Shown in pieces: positions 25,641 to 39,004 of a DNA stretch of 64,000 bases; the stretch's first letter is position 1; every line of letters begins with the position of its first letter. Origin of the DNA: Rotaria socialis (taxonomy: Eukaryota). The position numbers were made by a program, and so were the translations under genes. The notes beneath the pieces were generated by a model. That model had not been told where the DNA came from. It did no database searches and was given only the letters and a program-made list of their open reading frames with translations. The stretch lies in assembly GCA_905331295.1 (NCBI GenBank), contig CAJNYD010000303.1, positions 1-64,000 on the forward strand. Direction: 5' to 3'.

Positions 25641-28455
25641 TTATTTTTTTTGACCTGAAAAACGTAAACGATATTCATCGACCAAAGCCTGTTCAACACG
25701 TTTAAATAATGGTCTGGCTTGACCGATAGTATGACCGACTGGTAAATAGCAACGAAATGCATTATCTAATGCATAAGTCGTTTCTTGAATGTTGAGTTGT
25801 TGTCGAATTTCATCCGATGTTGTTGGCATAAATGGGTGAAGAACCAATGAAAGTAAATAAACGAGATTTAATGCAAGAGTGATACTAATTTCAGCATCGC
25901 GTCTAAAATAAATCGAAATATTTTGGATGACAGATATAGAAAGAAAATATTACTTTTCAGCATCGGAACCTTTACATCTTTTCCATGGTTCTTTTACTTG
26001 TAAAAATTGATTACCATAACGAGACATGCGTAAAACACATTTAATACCATCACGAAGTCTAGGCGATAAAAGTCAATATGCGAGACGAAGAAAAACAAGA
26101 ACATTAATTTACCTGGTCTTTTCCATTGCTTCTAAATAACCATTTAGTTCATAAGTAATTTGAGCAACAAATTTTCGATCCATTTCTGCTTCTAATTGAG
26201 TAGCATCACCAATTTTACCACCAAAATTTTTTTCGCAAAAAGCAATCGCTCTAATAATAGAAGAACGAGTGATGATTTTGTTTTTTTTTGTTGAAAAGAC
26301 AATTTATTTACCGATTAATGAAGTTGCCTAAATTATTCAATAATTCGGAATTATTCTTCGACATTAAATCAGTCCATGAAAATACACTATCCTATAATAA
26401 TCGTTAAAAAAAAGTATTTTTTAAGGATCAAAAGAGATTTCTAACTTGTGTTTCTGGTCGAGCATACATAAGATAAAATCTCCAAATATCCGAAGGAATT
26501 TCTGTAGTTTGTGCATGATCACCAAATACACCAATACCACGACTTTTAGAAAATTTAGCGTCTTCATAATTGAGATAATCTTAAATATAAAAGGCAGAAC
26601 ACGTTAATTGGAAGAAAAAAAATAATCAATAAATACCTATGCCAGAGAGATTATTTACTGTTGTATAATTATCTTGTGTTCCCAAGAGACAAGCTGGAAA
26701 GATAACGGAATGAAATGGTACATTATCTTTAGCCATGAATTGAAATAATGAAACCTAAAATTATATTTCGAAAATTCAGATTTATTTTTACGAACTAAAT
26801 CATTGATCTTACTTGATCCGGTTGTTTCCACCATTTTTCCCATTCATCGGTATAATTTGCTGTAATGGATATATATCCAATGGGTGCATCAAACCATACA
26901 TAGAAAACCTTTACAAAAAATAACGATTTATACATGTAAAAAAAAAGTCAAGTTGATGACAATTACTTTATCTGTATACCCTTCCAAAGGTACTGGTGTT
27001 CCCCATTTAAGATCGCGTGTAATACAGCGCGGTTCTAGACCTTTTTTAAGCCAAGCTTCAGTGATTGCACTTGCTGTATTTGTCCAATGGCCAGTCTTGC
27101 TTGAGTTTTGAAACCATGATTGAACATCAGGTGATAGCTAAATAAAAAAAAAAGAGGAGATAGATATAAATAAGATAATAGATTTTTGTACCGTTGGTAA
27201 ATCAAGAAATAGATGTTCAGATTTTCTTATTTGTGGTGTTGAACGACAAATTTGACATTTAGGTTCAACAAGTTCAATCGCGTTAATTAATTTTCCACAT
27301 TTATCACATTGGTCACCACGAGCATCAACGTATTTGCATGCTGGATCTGGGCAAGTACCGGCTACATAACGATCTGCTAGAAAACTAAAAACATAGAGGC
27401 CTATAACATAAGTGCTGAATAATAATAAAAAATAAGTTTTTACCGTTGACAAGTTTCACAAAATAATTGTTCAACAGTATTTTTAGAAACAAGATTTCGT
27501 TTGTGTAATTTCCAAAAAATATCTTGAGCAATTCTAAAATAAACACACATAAATAACTAGTTTTCATTCAACGCTGAAAATCCTACTCAGTTTGTTTTTG
27601 TGTAGATGTTCGTCCAAAAAAATCAAATTCTAATTGAAACCAATCATAAATTTTTCTATGCAATGCATAATATTTGTCACAGATTTCTCTTGGTGTACAT
27701 TTTTCTTCCAGTGCTTTTGTTTCAGTGGCTGTACCATATTCGTCAGTACCACAAATAAATAAGGTATTGTAATTTCTCGATCGACAATACCTAAAAATTT
27801 TGCACTAAAATACAACGAATAAATAGAAATTCATTTGATTTTACCTAGCAAAAACATCAGCACTTAGTAAAGAACCAACAAGATTACCCAAATGAGGAAC
27901 ATTATTGACGTATGGTAAAGCACTTGTTATCATGATATTTCGAACATCAGGTTTTGGTAATCTATGAAGAGATAATAATCATAGTAAACATGCTAGTGAG
28001 CTGCGTATAGGATTAAAAAGTGAAACACAATGTAGTTAGTACCTATCCTGAAAATAATTCGTACTCTATGACCTTTAACCTTCCTGGACGATCGTGTTTT
28101 ACAATATCTTAAACGATTACCGAGTTATTTCTTACATTTTTTCATCAGGTTGTCGTTTATTCATTGTCAATGGTTTCTTAGACCATTCTTCCAATGCCTT
28201 TTCAATTTCTTCAGGCGATCGATTATAATCCAGTACTTCTGCGGGTGCTTCATCAGTAGCTTGAGGTTTTTCTTGCTTGGGCTTTTCCTGTTTAGGTTTT
28301 TCTTGTTTGGGTTTGTCCTGCTTAGGCTTTTCTTTTTTTGGTTTAGCCACTTTTTCCGTAGTGGCAGCGTTGGCTACTTCCGGTTTCGGCGTAGTCGATT
28401 CTTCGACTTTTAAATTTTGCAGATTAATATCGAGGGTATTCTCCGATGTTGCCAT
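25641..28455 (-). CDS. MARS1: Cytoplasmic methionyl-tRNA synthetase; multi-exon
   Basis: [33 protein letters not shown] zinc knuckle, ITRDLKWG and KFSKS. Confidence 0.96.
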
Positions 28456-28930
28456 GATCTGAAAATAATTATGTAAGAAAATTCTATTTCTAACTTATGT
28501 ATGTCAATTTATACAGTCACGTCACTAATATGATGCAATTGAGGATATGAGTCATTTATATGTCATAGAAATTGCACTATGTTTTTTTTCGTCTTCTATT
28601 GATAGTTCTTATTGTGGAACACATCTGATAAATACACAGAGAGAAAGAAAAAGGGTAACATAACACTAACCGAAACAGTATTCTGGAAGATTATTCCGAA
28701 AAGCGAAAAATACATTGAGTTTTCTGTTGTGAGCGAAAAAAAATATTTTTTTTATCAGCCATAAAAGCGAACCTATTTTCATGATTGCAGTCCGTAAGAA
28801 AACACACATACACACACACATTAAAGTACTATTGAAGAACAGGTTACTGATGTACAGAGAGAGAGAAAGGTGAAATATATCAGACATAAAAGAGCGGAAA
28901 AGAAAGAAGATTATTGAGCTTGCTAAACAT

Positions 28931-31900
28931 TCATTCTAAAAGTATAGAAATCAAATAAATCGAGAGAAAAGTCATGTCATAAACTTACGTTCTTGGATGG
29001 ATTGCATGAATGGCGAAGAACACAAATGATGATCAGTTTTGATAAACGAATCCTAAATAGACAGAATTTTCATGTAAAAAGTTAAATCAGTCGAACATTT
29101 ACTTGTCTTGATAGTACGCTCCTATTCGACCATTCGTCTTGTAATGAATGTATTGGGCTAGTAATCTTTTTCGTCAAATGTTTATTGGGCTCGGGACTGA
29201 ATGAAAAAGCTCGACTTAACCGTTTATTTGCTTTGTGAAGGCCACTAAAATTCGAATAGATGTAATATTAATTAATTCAAGAAAAAAAAATTCCTTACCG
29301 TTTGAGTGCTAAACCCAATAAATTCAAACTACTGGTTGAACGTAAACCTGAATCAATTTCTGAATTCTCAAGTGACGTCTGAGAACAATACATATGATGA
29401 TTATTATTCGAATTCGTAATGGTTTGAATTAGTGAAGACTAAAATATGAATACTATCTTCTCATTTTTCTTGAAATCTAAAAGCTAATTTACTTTATCCA
29501 GTAAACATCGATCATCGGAAATAGCTTTCGCTAGATGATAAAGTACATCGGTTTTATTATTTGCATGATGACTACTATTCGATAATGTGGAAATCGATGA
29601 TAATGATGACATGGAATCAGTAAAATAAGATTTCGAACTATTACTATTCGTATTTCCGTTAATCACACGAAATACAAGTTGACACGTTTGACCATCAATC
29701 GAACAAAGTATTCCAAATTGTTCAGTTTCTTAAAATAAAAAAATGATGATCCCAATAGTATTTTGGATCAATTTACCATCAATAGTCAATGAAACTGGAC
29801 TAATATCAAATAAACTTCGAATGTCACATAATGAAATAAGTGCGATATGCTTGTATGTTTTCATTCCGTGTGTTTTCCATATATTAACACGTGATTTTGT
29901 TACCTAAGGAAAAAGAACTGAAAAATATAAAAGTTTTATGCTTATCGAAATCGTACTTCGAGACAATCCGAAAAAAGAAAAAGAGTTAAATGAGTTCGTG
30001 TTGTTGTTAATTCTTGTGAAAGTTCAATAACTTGAAATTTTTCAATATAATCACGATGTGCAGCAAGTAATTCGGGCTGAAAATTTATCAAAACAAAATT
30101 ACGAATTCGAACTCTATCAAAATGTCATTCTCTTACTGGACAATTGTCAATGCTATTGACAATGTTAAACATCGATAAATGTTTTTCTGTTTTTCCTCGT
30201 TCGTCATTTAATTTTTTTGCTATTTCACGTAGTTTATCCAATGAATCAATTAATAATTGATAATCGATATGTGTAGCCGGTGTATATTTAAGTAAGCGTT
30301 CTAGTAATAATAATATACTTGGTAAACGTTGAATAGGTCGTATCATTAAATCAGCTAAATGTTGTTTACCAAGTTCTGTTTTATGTTCACAAATCTATTT
30401 GCAAATAGATTTAAAAAAGAAATATTCAATACAAAAGAAAATTACTTTGAGATAAGCATAGAATCGAGAATTATTTTTTTCTAATGTATGAACTGCTTCA
30501 ATAGTTTTATCATAGAATTTTGTATAAGGTTGATAAACACGCAAAAGTTCAACAGACTAAAAACCGTCACAAAAACAAAAGTATTTTATTGCCAAAGAAT
30601 TTTCATACTTACATTAGTTAAAAATACGGAGCCAATGCATTCATCTTCAGTGATAGCCCGATCGAGTTGTTCAGCAATTAATAAATGTAAATGATAGATT
30701 TCTTCGATATTACCAAATATTTGCGTACTTTCAACTTTTGTAAGTATAGGACCATTTCGACGATCATCTTTTTCCATTTCTGTTTTGAAAATCTATCCGA
30801 CAAATAAAGTTTGACAAACGCCAAGAATATCTATGAACTTACTCGAATAATATTCGATAACATCGTAACATAATTTCGTTCCGTTTCTCGTAATTCCATT
30901 CCAATTAAATATTTATTATCCTTTTTAATATTTTGTGATTTTTCTACAATGATATTTTCATCTGACAGATTTTCATTTTCATTCATACTACTATTGAAAC
31001 GTTTTGAATTTTGAATTGGATCAATTTGTTGTTCATTGATATACGAATGTTTTTGTCGACGTTTGCGTTTAACAGTCGTGTTTATTGATGAATCAAGTAG
31101 TGGACTTTCGCTATGAGTTGATGGTGATTGTAAAAGTAATGAAGAATCTGATGTTGTTGACTGATTACTGGCTAAATTAACTGTATATATTGATTCATCA
31201 GCTTTGCCCATTAAACACAAACATTCCCAAAACCACTACAGATACATAAATTGTATTTTTTGTTTGATTCCTTGTTAATTATTACTTACTTGTACGTGAA
31301 CAATATATTGTCGATGCTTTCGTGTATATGATGGATAAGTCGATATAAACAGGTTCATGTCCGAAAGAACAATATGCGAAGCTTCACTCATTTCTGTTGT
31401 GATAAATCCACCTGAAAAGAAATTCATTTTTTTTGTATGAAGAAATGTCCGCAAAAAAATGCCTATTTACCATGTTCATTAGTTAAAGTATGTAAATGTT
31501 CTGATTCATTTTCATTATTAAAACCAAAAAAGAATAAATTAAGATTATGTAATGGTTTAGCTCGATATATTCGAATAAGTTCTGATTCAAATGGATCAAA
31601 TTGACGATTGTTTCGTTCTTGCCAACAACGTAAAAGCCATTCTTCTGTTAGAATTTCACTTCTTTCCATGTTAAATGCTGTCTAAAAACATTGGCAAATA
31701 GGTATTTTAGTTGGCAAAAAAGCTATTCTTACAAGATATTTTTCGCCGATATTTGCATGTGAAATGACATGTGTTACTTGATCACTATAATCTTTTCGAA
31801 CAGATCCACCAAGATAATGAACAAAATCACTGAATTCCGTCTACAAACAAATATTCGAGAAAAAAATGATCGTATTTTTTACTATTATTAACTTACATGT

Positions 31901-32465
31901 GTATCTTTTCGAATGCCAACAAAACATATAACAGCTGAAGATAAATGTTGACAATAGAGAGGTCGATTCCTTCGTGGTACAGGAATATCCTGAAGATATG
32001 ATGTTATATTATAATTTTAGAAACAAAAAAAGTTTAGCTCTTACAATTTCTTTTTCCGCACATGATAATACAAGTTCAGAACTAATCGTATAAATATCTT
32101 CATTGTCTTTTAAATAGTGAAATATACAATCGTCAAATGAATCAACAACATAAATACGTAATTGACGTTGAGATAATAAATTTTTTGTTTCGGTTAATGT
32201 ACGAATTGCTTCTTTTTCATCATCAATACATTCATATACATAACGATCTTCGAGTGAAGATAGAAGTTGTTTATTTGAACAAGCAGCACCGATAATACAA
32301 AATTTAATGGCTAGAAAAAAAATACATAAATCTTGTTCAATATCAAAATAAGACATAGTTACTCCATTCACTAGGATTTGCTGGCGATGTATTTTCACTG
32401 TTTTTTTTAAATTTACTACGTCGATGATGAATTTTCGAAGTTGGAGAAATATTTTTTGTTGTCAT
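28931..32465 (-). CDS. ECT2: ECT2/pebble-like RhoGEF (BRCT, DH, PH); multi-exon
   Basis: PRRNRPLYC, BRCT-like exons, ELRETERNYV, IRPIQRLPSILLLL and a RLSRAFSF tail. Confidence 0.88.
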
Positions 32466-33039
32466 TTCTTTCACTTTCGTACTTAAAAGAACATCTCAAA
32501 ATTGAGATGAATGACTAGATTTAAATAAATAGGTACTATGATTTGCTCTCTATTACGACTTCTTTTGTAGTAAACGTTCATTTGTTAATATTGGTGGAAT
32601 ATACTCGATTCGATCAAAGATGAAGATTACTATGCTATAGAGGTCGCTATGGATCGTACATGTTCATAACAGTTTTATTTTATCAGATGACACAAGTGAA
32701 CTTTTATACTCAAACTCAAATTCGTATCCATATCCGATGCACACACACACCATGACAAGGCATTTTTCTCAATTTTATCGTCAAGATCAGTATAGAACGA
32801 TGTAGCACTTCAAAAAATACAAAAGTTTCTGATGATACATTCCGCTAGAATTTTAATTCTTATAAACTATCTTTTAAAATAATTGTCACCAATAATGGCA
32901 ATTATATGCAGATCTATTATGTTCGACTTACTTAATGTGTCATCTTTCTGTTGTTAGCCCAAGATGTTGTTGATAAAAAAATCATACGCATGTGAGTTTG
33001 AAATAACATGTGACTTGACAGCATGAATGAATTCAGCGC

Positions 33040-33300
33040 ATTCTATTGCACAATGGTTTATTGGTGATTATATGGACCGTAACATATATGCTGACATATC
33101 TGGATGGCCTGGAAATAGTTCAGCTCAACTCTTCGTACCATATCATTGAATACAAATGTTTTGTCCGAATTCTATCTTCGGTATAACAGTTGTAGACACT
33201 GGTCATGGTCAGTCCGGTAATAATAGCAATGCCCTTCGTTCTCCACAGTATGTAGCATTTGGTGTGCAAATCACTTTATATGTTAGTGATACACTTAACT
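33040..33300 (+). pseudogene. Degenerate NHL-repeat fragment
   Basis: Translates to ...GQSGNNSNALRSPQYVAF..TLYVSDTLN with no long ORF. Confidence 0.55.
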
Positions 33301-33479
33301 TTTGAATACATAGCAATATATTACATATTTTCTATTCACCAATGATAACTCTTTTCGTCAATGACAATTTCATTACTTGCATATTGTTCTTCATTTTTAT
33401 CTTTTTATCTTTCTCAGTGTTTCATGCGTTTGCTTCTAAATAGTAAGTCATTTGAGGAGATAATAACACTTTTGAGGGA

Positions 33480-34658
33480 ATGGACGAAACTCTTCTTAAT
33501 GAAATACGCAAGATGCAGCCAGAACTGGCTCTCATTCGTCAAGACATTCATGCTCATCCAGAAACAGCTATGAACGAGACACGAACCGCCACTCTGGTTG
33601 CTAATAAACTCAGAGAATGGGGTGTGACTGTCACTGAAGGAGTGGGTGATCTGGGTGTAGTAGGTATGTTAACGAGTAATACTCCTGGTAGTCGTTCTAT
33701 TGGCTTGCGAGCTGATATGGATGCTTTGGAACTGATTGAGAAAAATGATTTGCCCTATGTTTCAACGAATTCTGGTGTCATGCATGCGTGTGGTCACGAT
33801 GGCCACACAACGATGTTACTTGGTGCTGCTAAATATCTAGCAGAAAATCGAGATTCATTCTGTGGAGTTGTGTATTTTGTTTTTCAACCAGCAGAAGAAA
33901 AACTCGATGGTGCAATTCGTATGATTGCAGATAAACTATTCGATCGATTTCCGATGGATGCCATCTACGGACAACATAATTGGCCCCACATAGGAATTGG
34001 TCAATTTGCGATTCGACCAGGTCCAATGATGGCAGCAGCAGATACTTGGACTGTTATGTTTCGAGGTACTGGTGGTCATGGTGCTGCACCCCATTTAGCT
34101 ACTGATATCACAGTAGTACTGGCACAATTCCTTTTATCATTGCAAACAATTGTTAGCCGTAACATTTCACCGATAGACACAGCCGTAATTAGTGTCGGTG
34201 CAATTCACAGCGGATCTTTTGGTTCATTAAATGTTTTACCATCGGAAATTTGTATCGGTGGCACTGCTCGTAGTTTTACCAATGAAGTACGAAATACAAT
34301 AGAACGACGTATGACAGAATTGGCTCATGGCACGGCAAATAACTTTGGCTGTACAGCTGAAGTACAATACAATCGAGAAGGAATTCCATTAGTCAATCAT
34401 GTTCAATGTACAGAAAAGGCAATTAGAGCAGCTGAAAGTCTCGTCGGTACACAAAATGTGAATGGAAACCTAGCACCGACAATGGGTGCCGAAGATTTCG
34501 CTAGTATGCTAGAGCAAAGACCAGGTGCTTATATTATCGTAGGAAATGGAAATGAATTTGGTAAACTTCATTCACCAACATACAACTTCAATGATGATGC
34601 TATTCCTTTTGGTACCAGCTATTTTATCAAACTGGTACAACTAGAACTGCAAGAATAA
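33480..34658 (+). CDS. M20 amidohydrolase (hippurate hydrolase-like, bacterial type), intronless
   Basis: RADMDAL, MHACGHDGHT, FQPAEE, GGHGAAPH, GAEDF and LHSPTYNFND. Confidence 0.92.
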   Translation: MDETLLNEIRKMQPELALIRQDIHAHPETAMNETRTATLVANKLREWGVTVTEGVGDLGVVGMLTSNTPGSRSIGLRADMDALELIEKNDLPYVSTNSGVMHACGHDGHTTMLLGAAKYLAENRDSFCGVVYFVFQPAEEKLDGAIRMIADKLFDRFPMDAIYGQHNWPHIGIGQFAIRPGPMMAAADTWTVMFRGTGGHGAAPHLATDITVVLAQFLLSLQTIVSRNISPIDTAVISVGAIHSGSFGSLNVLPSEICIGGTARSFTNEVRNTIERRMTELAHGTANNFGCTAEVQYNREGIPLVNHVQCTEKAIRAAESLVGTQNVNGNLAPTMGAEDFASMLEQRPGAYIIVGNGNEFGKLHSPTYNFNDDAIPFGTSYFIKLVQLELQE

Positions 34659-35680
34659 GTCTTAAATGTTTGCAGTATCATTTCTAAAGAGACTACTAGA
34701 AAGGCATAAAATGTGTGTGAAATTTTGTCTTGTTGCATGCTCGAGTGTTATTAATATAGCCATTTTTCTTCGTGAAAAAGGACTCTTTCATTCCATGATA
34801 AAATCTTTTGAAACTATTTTTACTTTATCTCGTAGTCATGATTAAAATTTCAGACTATTTTCGTCCTTCATACTAATGATGAAGGCTAATCAAAATTAAT
34901 CAGCGTTGTTATATATATATATATCTTATTTTTCTTTCTGTTATTGGCGTGTACTTTGATAATCTGTTTTTAAACATGCTCGGACTTTTTCTAATTTTGA
35001 AGGGTTTACAAATATATTTTATCGATTAAAAATCAGATTACAATAGTGTTGAAATAGTATCATTTAACTTATTCTTGATGGGCAAACAATCATTTTTAGT
35101 TCAACAGCTTGGCCTTTTTTATGCGTGCACGATACAGTTGATTATTTAAGTAAAATCAATATTTCTTTCGATCAAAGCCAGGATTCTTTGTGAATGAATA
35201 TCATCTAGCTGAGTCGGAGGCTTTCGCCATCATTTAACAGCATGTGGTGATTCATTGTTTATTATTTGCTAGTAATAGATGTCGAATCCCCTCGAAATCG
35301 AAACAATTTTTATTGAATGATGATGAATCTGAAGGGATATCACATCCATAAGTACTAATGAAATCGATTGAAAACATGAATTAATGATTAAAGCTATTAG
35401 AATTACATAGCAGACATATATTCGGGAAAATTCATGTTGATATGTAACGAACACTTTCGAATGACTTTTTATGAAAAAACGTTGGCAGGGCAAACTATTT
35501 TGCCCTGTTCTGCTTGGTGGGTGTGGCTGTGCATATGGATATACATTTAGAACTACTGCCATTCACATTAACACTCACAGCCACACACCCATGTTTGATT
35601 TCTTCTAAATATTCACATGGTTACTAGTATAGTCGTCTTGTATAGATCATTTGAACAGAATGTTCTATCTAGTAATTCAA

Positions 35681-35726
35681 AGCTATCTGATGAGACCCTT
35701 GAGAAAGGTCGAAACCGGTCATGGCT
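35681..35726 (+). ncRNA. Minimal type I hammerhead ribozyme (Penelope-like-element type)
   Basis: AGCTAT-CTGATGA-GACCCTTGAGAAAGGTC-GAAA-CCGG-TC-ATGGCT: intact core, paired stems I and II, palindromic ACCGGT stem III; predicted cleavage after 35720. Confidence 0.88.
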
Positions 35727-36007
35727 TCCCCGACTCATCCATACCCTCACTCCACTCGCAAACTGCCCAAAAGCTGATCCAATCACGTGAGCCCTCCCCC
35801 AACNCCCACACACGCGCCCCCCCCCCCACCCCACCCCCCCCCCCCCCCAATCCAAAATCCATTCCGCCGCCCTTGTCTATAACAACGTGACACTCATGCA
35901 TGGAAGACAAGTGCAAGAAACAATTCCATGACGATCTGTTTTTCTCTTTTTCTTTTCACACAAGATACAATACAAACAGAAACAAGCACACATACACACC
36001 CAGACAT

Positions 36008-36942
36008 TTATGGTGAGAGGAGTTCAAATTTCTCCACACGGTCATCGGCCTCATTGACGACATAGAGATGACCATGACGATCGAAGGACAAGCCAACGTG
36101 TGTATTCAACGGTGCTCCAGTGTCTCCTTTGCCGCCCCTGCTAACGACCACACTGCCCTCAGAAGCGTCCCGAGGCCAACGTATGATTCGATGGTTCCAC
36201 CCATCTGCTACATACACTGTACCCATCCCATCGACAACAACTCCGTTCGGATTGGACAATCGTTTTGCATCACTCCCATAACCGCCACCACCGGCCACCG
36301 CTTGACCTACGTTGGTGCCTTCCATCCATTTCATCACTCGTCTGCCGGTCTCGTCCGACCCGTATACCGAGTGATCTCGATCGACGAAGATGAAACTTAT
36401 GTCGTTGAATTGGTCGAGACCATGACCTTGGCCATTTCCACCCGCCATCAGTGTTCCTTGTGAGCCATCCACTTTGAAGCGTCGAACTTCGCGTTTGCAG
36501 CCGTCAGAGACGTAGATAAATCCACGATCATCCATCGTCAAACCACGACAGACAATGTTGGAGAGAACGATTTCTCCACGTGTGCCACCAAGACGAGCCC
36601 ATCTGACCACTCGGCAGTTGCCGGCATCACAGATAAGGAGACTATTGGTGGTTCGATCCACGATCACATCAGTTGGGAATTGCAACTGATTCAGCCCACT
36701 TCCTTTCTCATTTCCTCCGGCCACAACTTGACCGGAGGTGGCGTCCGCTGACCAGGCAACAATACGGTGATTCCCACTGTCAGCCACATAGACGGTTTCA
36801 TCTTCATCCACATATAACCCGCGGGGGTTGCGGAGTTGATTCAGGCCCCCACCCTTGCCATTGCCACCAGCAACAGTGATGCCATTCTGCGACCATCTAG
36901 CGCGCAACGTGAGAGCAGCATCGGTGCCTCTCGTTGGTGTCA
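36008..36942 (-). CDS. NHL-repeat beta-propeller exon (probable terminal exon of an ART-NHL gene)
   Basis: Repeated VAGGNG.G...QL..P and YVAD..NHRI motifs; no ATG; preceded by a polypyrimidine tract and TTTCAG acceptor. Confidence 0.88.
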
Positions 36943-37290
36943 CTGAAATGATAACAGAGAACGAGATGAGATCTTCAAACTCTCGTATTGCTTTTCAAAA
37001 AGTGTCTGATTGTGGAAAATTTCTTGCTTGAAACACAGATGCGCAAAGACGCGAAATGTTTTGAGTATCGCAGCCGTTGCTTCCGATACAAAAAGCAGGA
37101 GGAGACTTTCTGCGGAAATTGGCCCAATTGAATTTTAATGATATGCTCGTTTCGAAACAAATGCAATGATGATAAAAAGTATTCCTTAGCTTTTAAATGA
37201 TTTTGCTATGTGTTTTCAAGTCCAGGATCCGATTACTTTTTCAATTTTCTGGGATCATTTGGTTTTCAAGTTTTAGGTTTGCACTTGTTA

Positions 37291-38520
37291 CTTAATGGAA
37301 ACCAAATGAGCTATATAGCAGTAGATAGACCGCGAAAAATACTTCCAATTTCTATATGACAAGAGTTTTTCACAATGTAAAACATAAGTTCTTGCCGAAG
37401 TACTTGTTGAATACCGTTCAATTCCAGCTTCAAGCGTCCAGTAGAAACCATTCTATGCGTTGAACTAGAGTTTTTCATGGACTACAAATCTATGTATAGT
37501 TTGTTTGGAAAGAAAGCTACGAATTTGTTCAAAGTCCAGATTGTTTTATTTAGATAAACAAAAATGACATTTTTTGACCTGTATTCAGGGACTTTGGTAG
37601 TAATAATTAAGGTGGCGGTAATACAAAATTCAAATGAATTTTTTCTCGATGATTTAAAATAGGACTTGATAGAGCTTAAAAGCTGGTTATGAATATATAC
37701 TTTCTATTCCGATTCAACCATTGTGTAGTAGTGATAAAAGCGGTAAACAAGTAGAATGACTAGAAATGTAACATTTTTCGTCAGACATTCACACTTTTAT
37801 GATTTAAGAACTTTTTTCTATAAAAAGTCGACTCCTAGGGGAGTGAGGCCAAGATGTTACACAAAGTGACCTGAGGGAGATTACAGGTGTTTTTTCATAG
37901 GAAAAATATTCCTAAAACATGTATGATTCGATGCAGTTTGTGACACTAATTCAGAATATAATATTTTGAAAAAGTTAAGCAAAATAAATCCCCTTGAAAT
38001 TTCACAGTTTCTGTAAAAGTGTGAATGTCTGACGAAAAATATTACAGTTCTAGTCATTCTACTGTTTACCGCTTTTATCACTACTACACAATGGTTGAAT
38101 CGGAATAGAAAGTATATATTCATAACCAGCTTTTAAGCTCTATCAAGTCCTATTTTAAATCATCGAGAAAAAATTCATTTGAATTTTGTATTACCGCCAC
38201 CTTAATTATTACTACCAAAGTCCCTGAATACAGGTCAAAAAATGTCATTTTTGTTTATCTAAATAAAACAATCTGGACTTCGAACAAATTCGTAGCTTTC
38301 TTTCCAAACAAACTATACATAGATTTGTAGTCCATGAAAAACTCTAGTTCAGCGCATAGAATGGTTTCTACTGGACGCTTGAAGCTGGAATTGAACGGTA
38401 TTCACCAAGTACTTCGGCAAGAACTTATGTTTTACATTGTGAAAAACTCTTGTCATATAGAAATTGGAGGCATTTTCGCGGTCTATCTACTGGTATATAG
38501 TTCATTTGGCTTGCATTAAG
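37291..38520. mobile_element. 1.2-kb foldback element bounded by TTAA
   Basis: Arms at about 37291-37799 and 38014-38520 are near-identical reverse complements; ends CTTAATG / CATTAAG. Confidence 0.88.
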
Positions 38521-38642
38521 ACTCCCCTCTCTCCCTCAAAATCGAATCTCACCTTAGGTAAATGCTATACACGTGAAATTTCCAGCGTTTATTGGTATTG
38601 ATAAGAGAAAGCTGTGGTAAATTTTTCAGGTTGATGAAAGCT

Positions 38643-38686
38643 GTCGTGACCGGTTTCGTCCTTGCATAAGGTACTCATCAGATGGC
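38643..38686 (-). ncRNA. Minimal hammerhead ribozyme motif with weakened stem I
   Basis: Minus strand reads GCCAT-CTGATGA-GTACCTTATGCAAGGAC-GAAA-CCGG-TC-ACGAC. Confidence 0.72.
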
Positions 38687-38960
38687 TTGAATTCGGTTTC
38701 CGAATCCATAGGGAAAGGGCGCCTTTGGTGTCTGAATAGATCAGAATACACTAACCTAAAATAAGACAACCTACACATTCGTGTACATTTATCTGCCAGT
38801 GCAGTAGTGACAAGTGGAGCATCGCTAGTAGATGTAGGGATGTCTTCATTTGAGGCTTATGCTGCAAAAGTGCAGGTTGTCTTGTTTTATGTCAGTGTAT
38901 ACTGATCTATTCAGATACCGAAGGGCTCCCTTTCTGTATGGATTGGTCAACCAAATTCAA

Positions 38961-39004
38961 GCCATCTGATGAGCCCCTTAGGCAAAGACGAAACCGGTAA
39001 CGGC
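38961..39004 (+). ncRNA. Minimal hammerhead ribozyme motif with degenerate stem II
   Basis: GCCAT-CTGATGA-GCCCCTTAGGCAAAGAC-GAAA-CCGG-TA-ACGGC. Confidence 0.68.

Noticed and set aside
35790..35850. Poly-C tract and the Gly/Pro-rich ORFs across it; possible G-quadruplex
   Set aside because: Contains an N at 35804 and looks like low-quality or gap-edge sequence.
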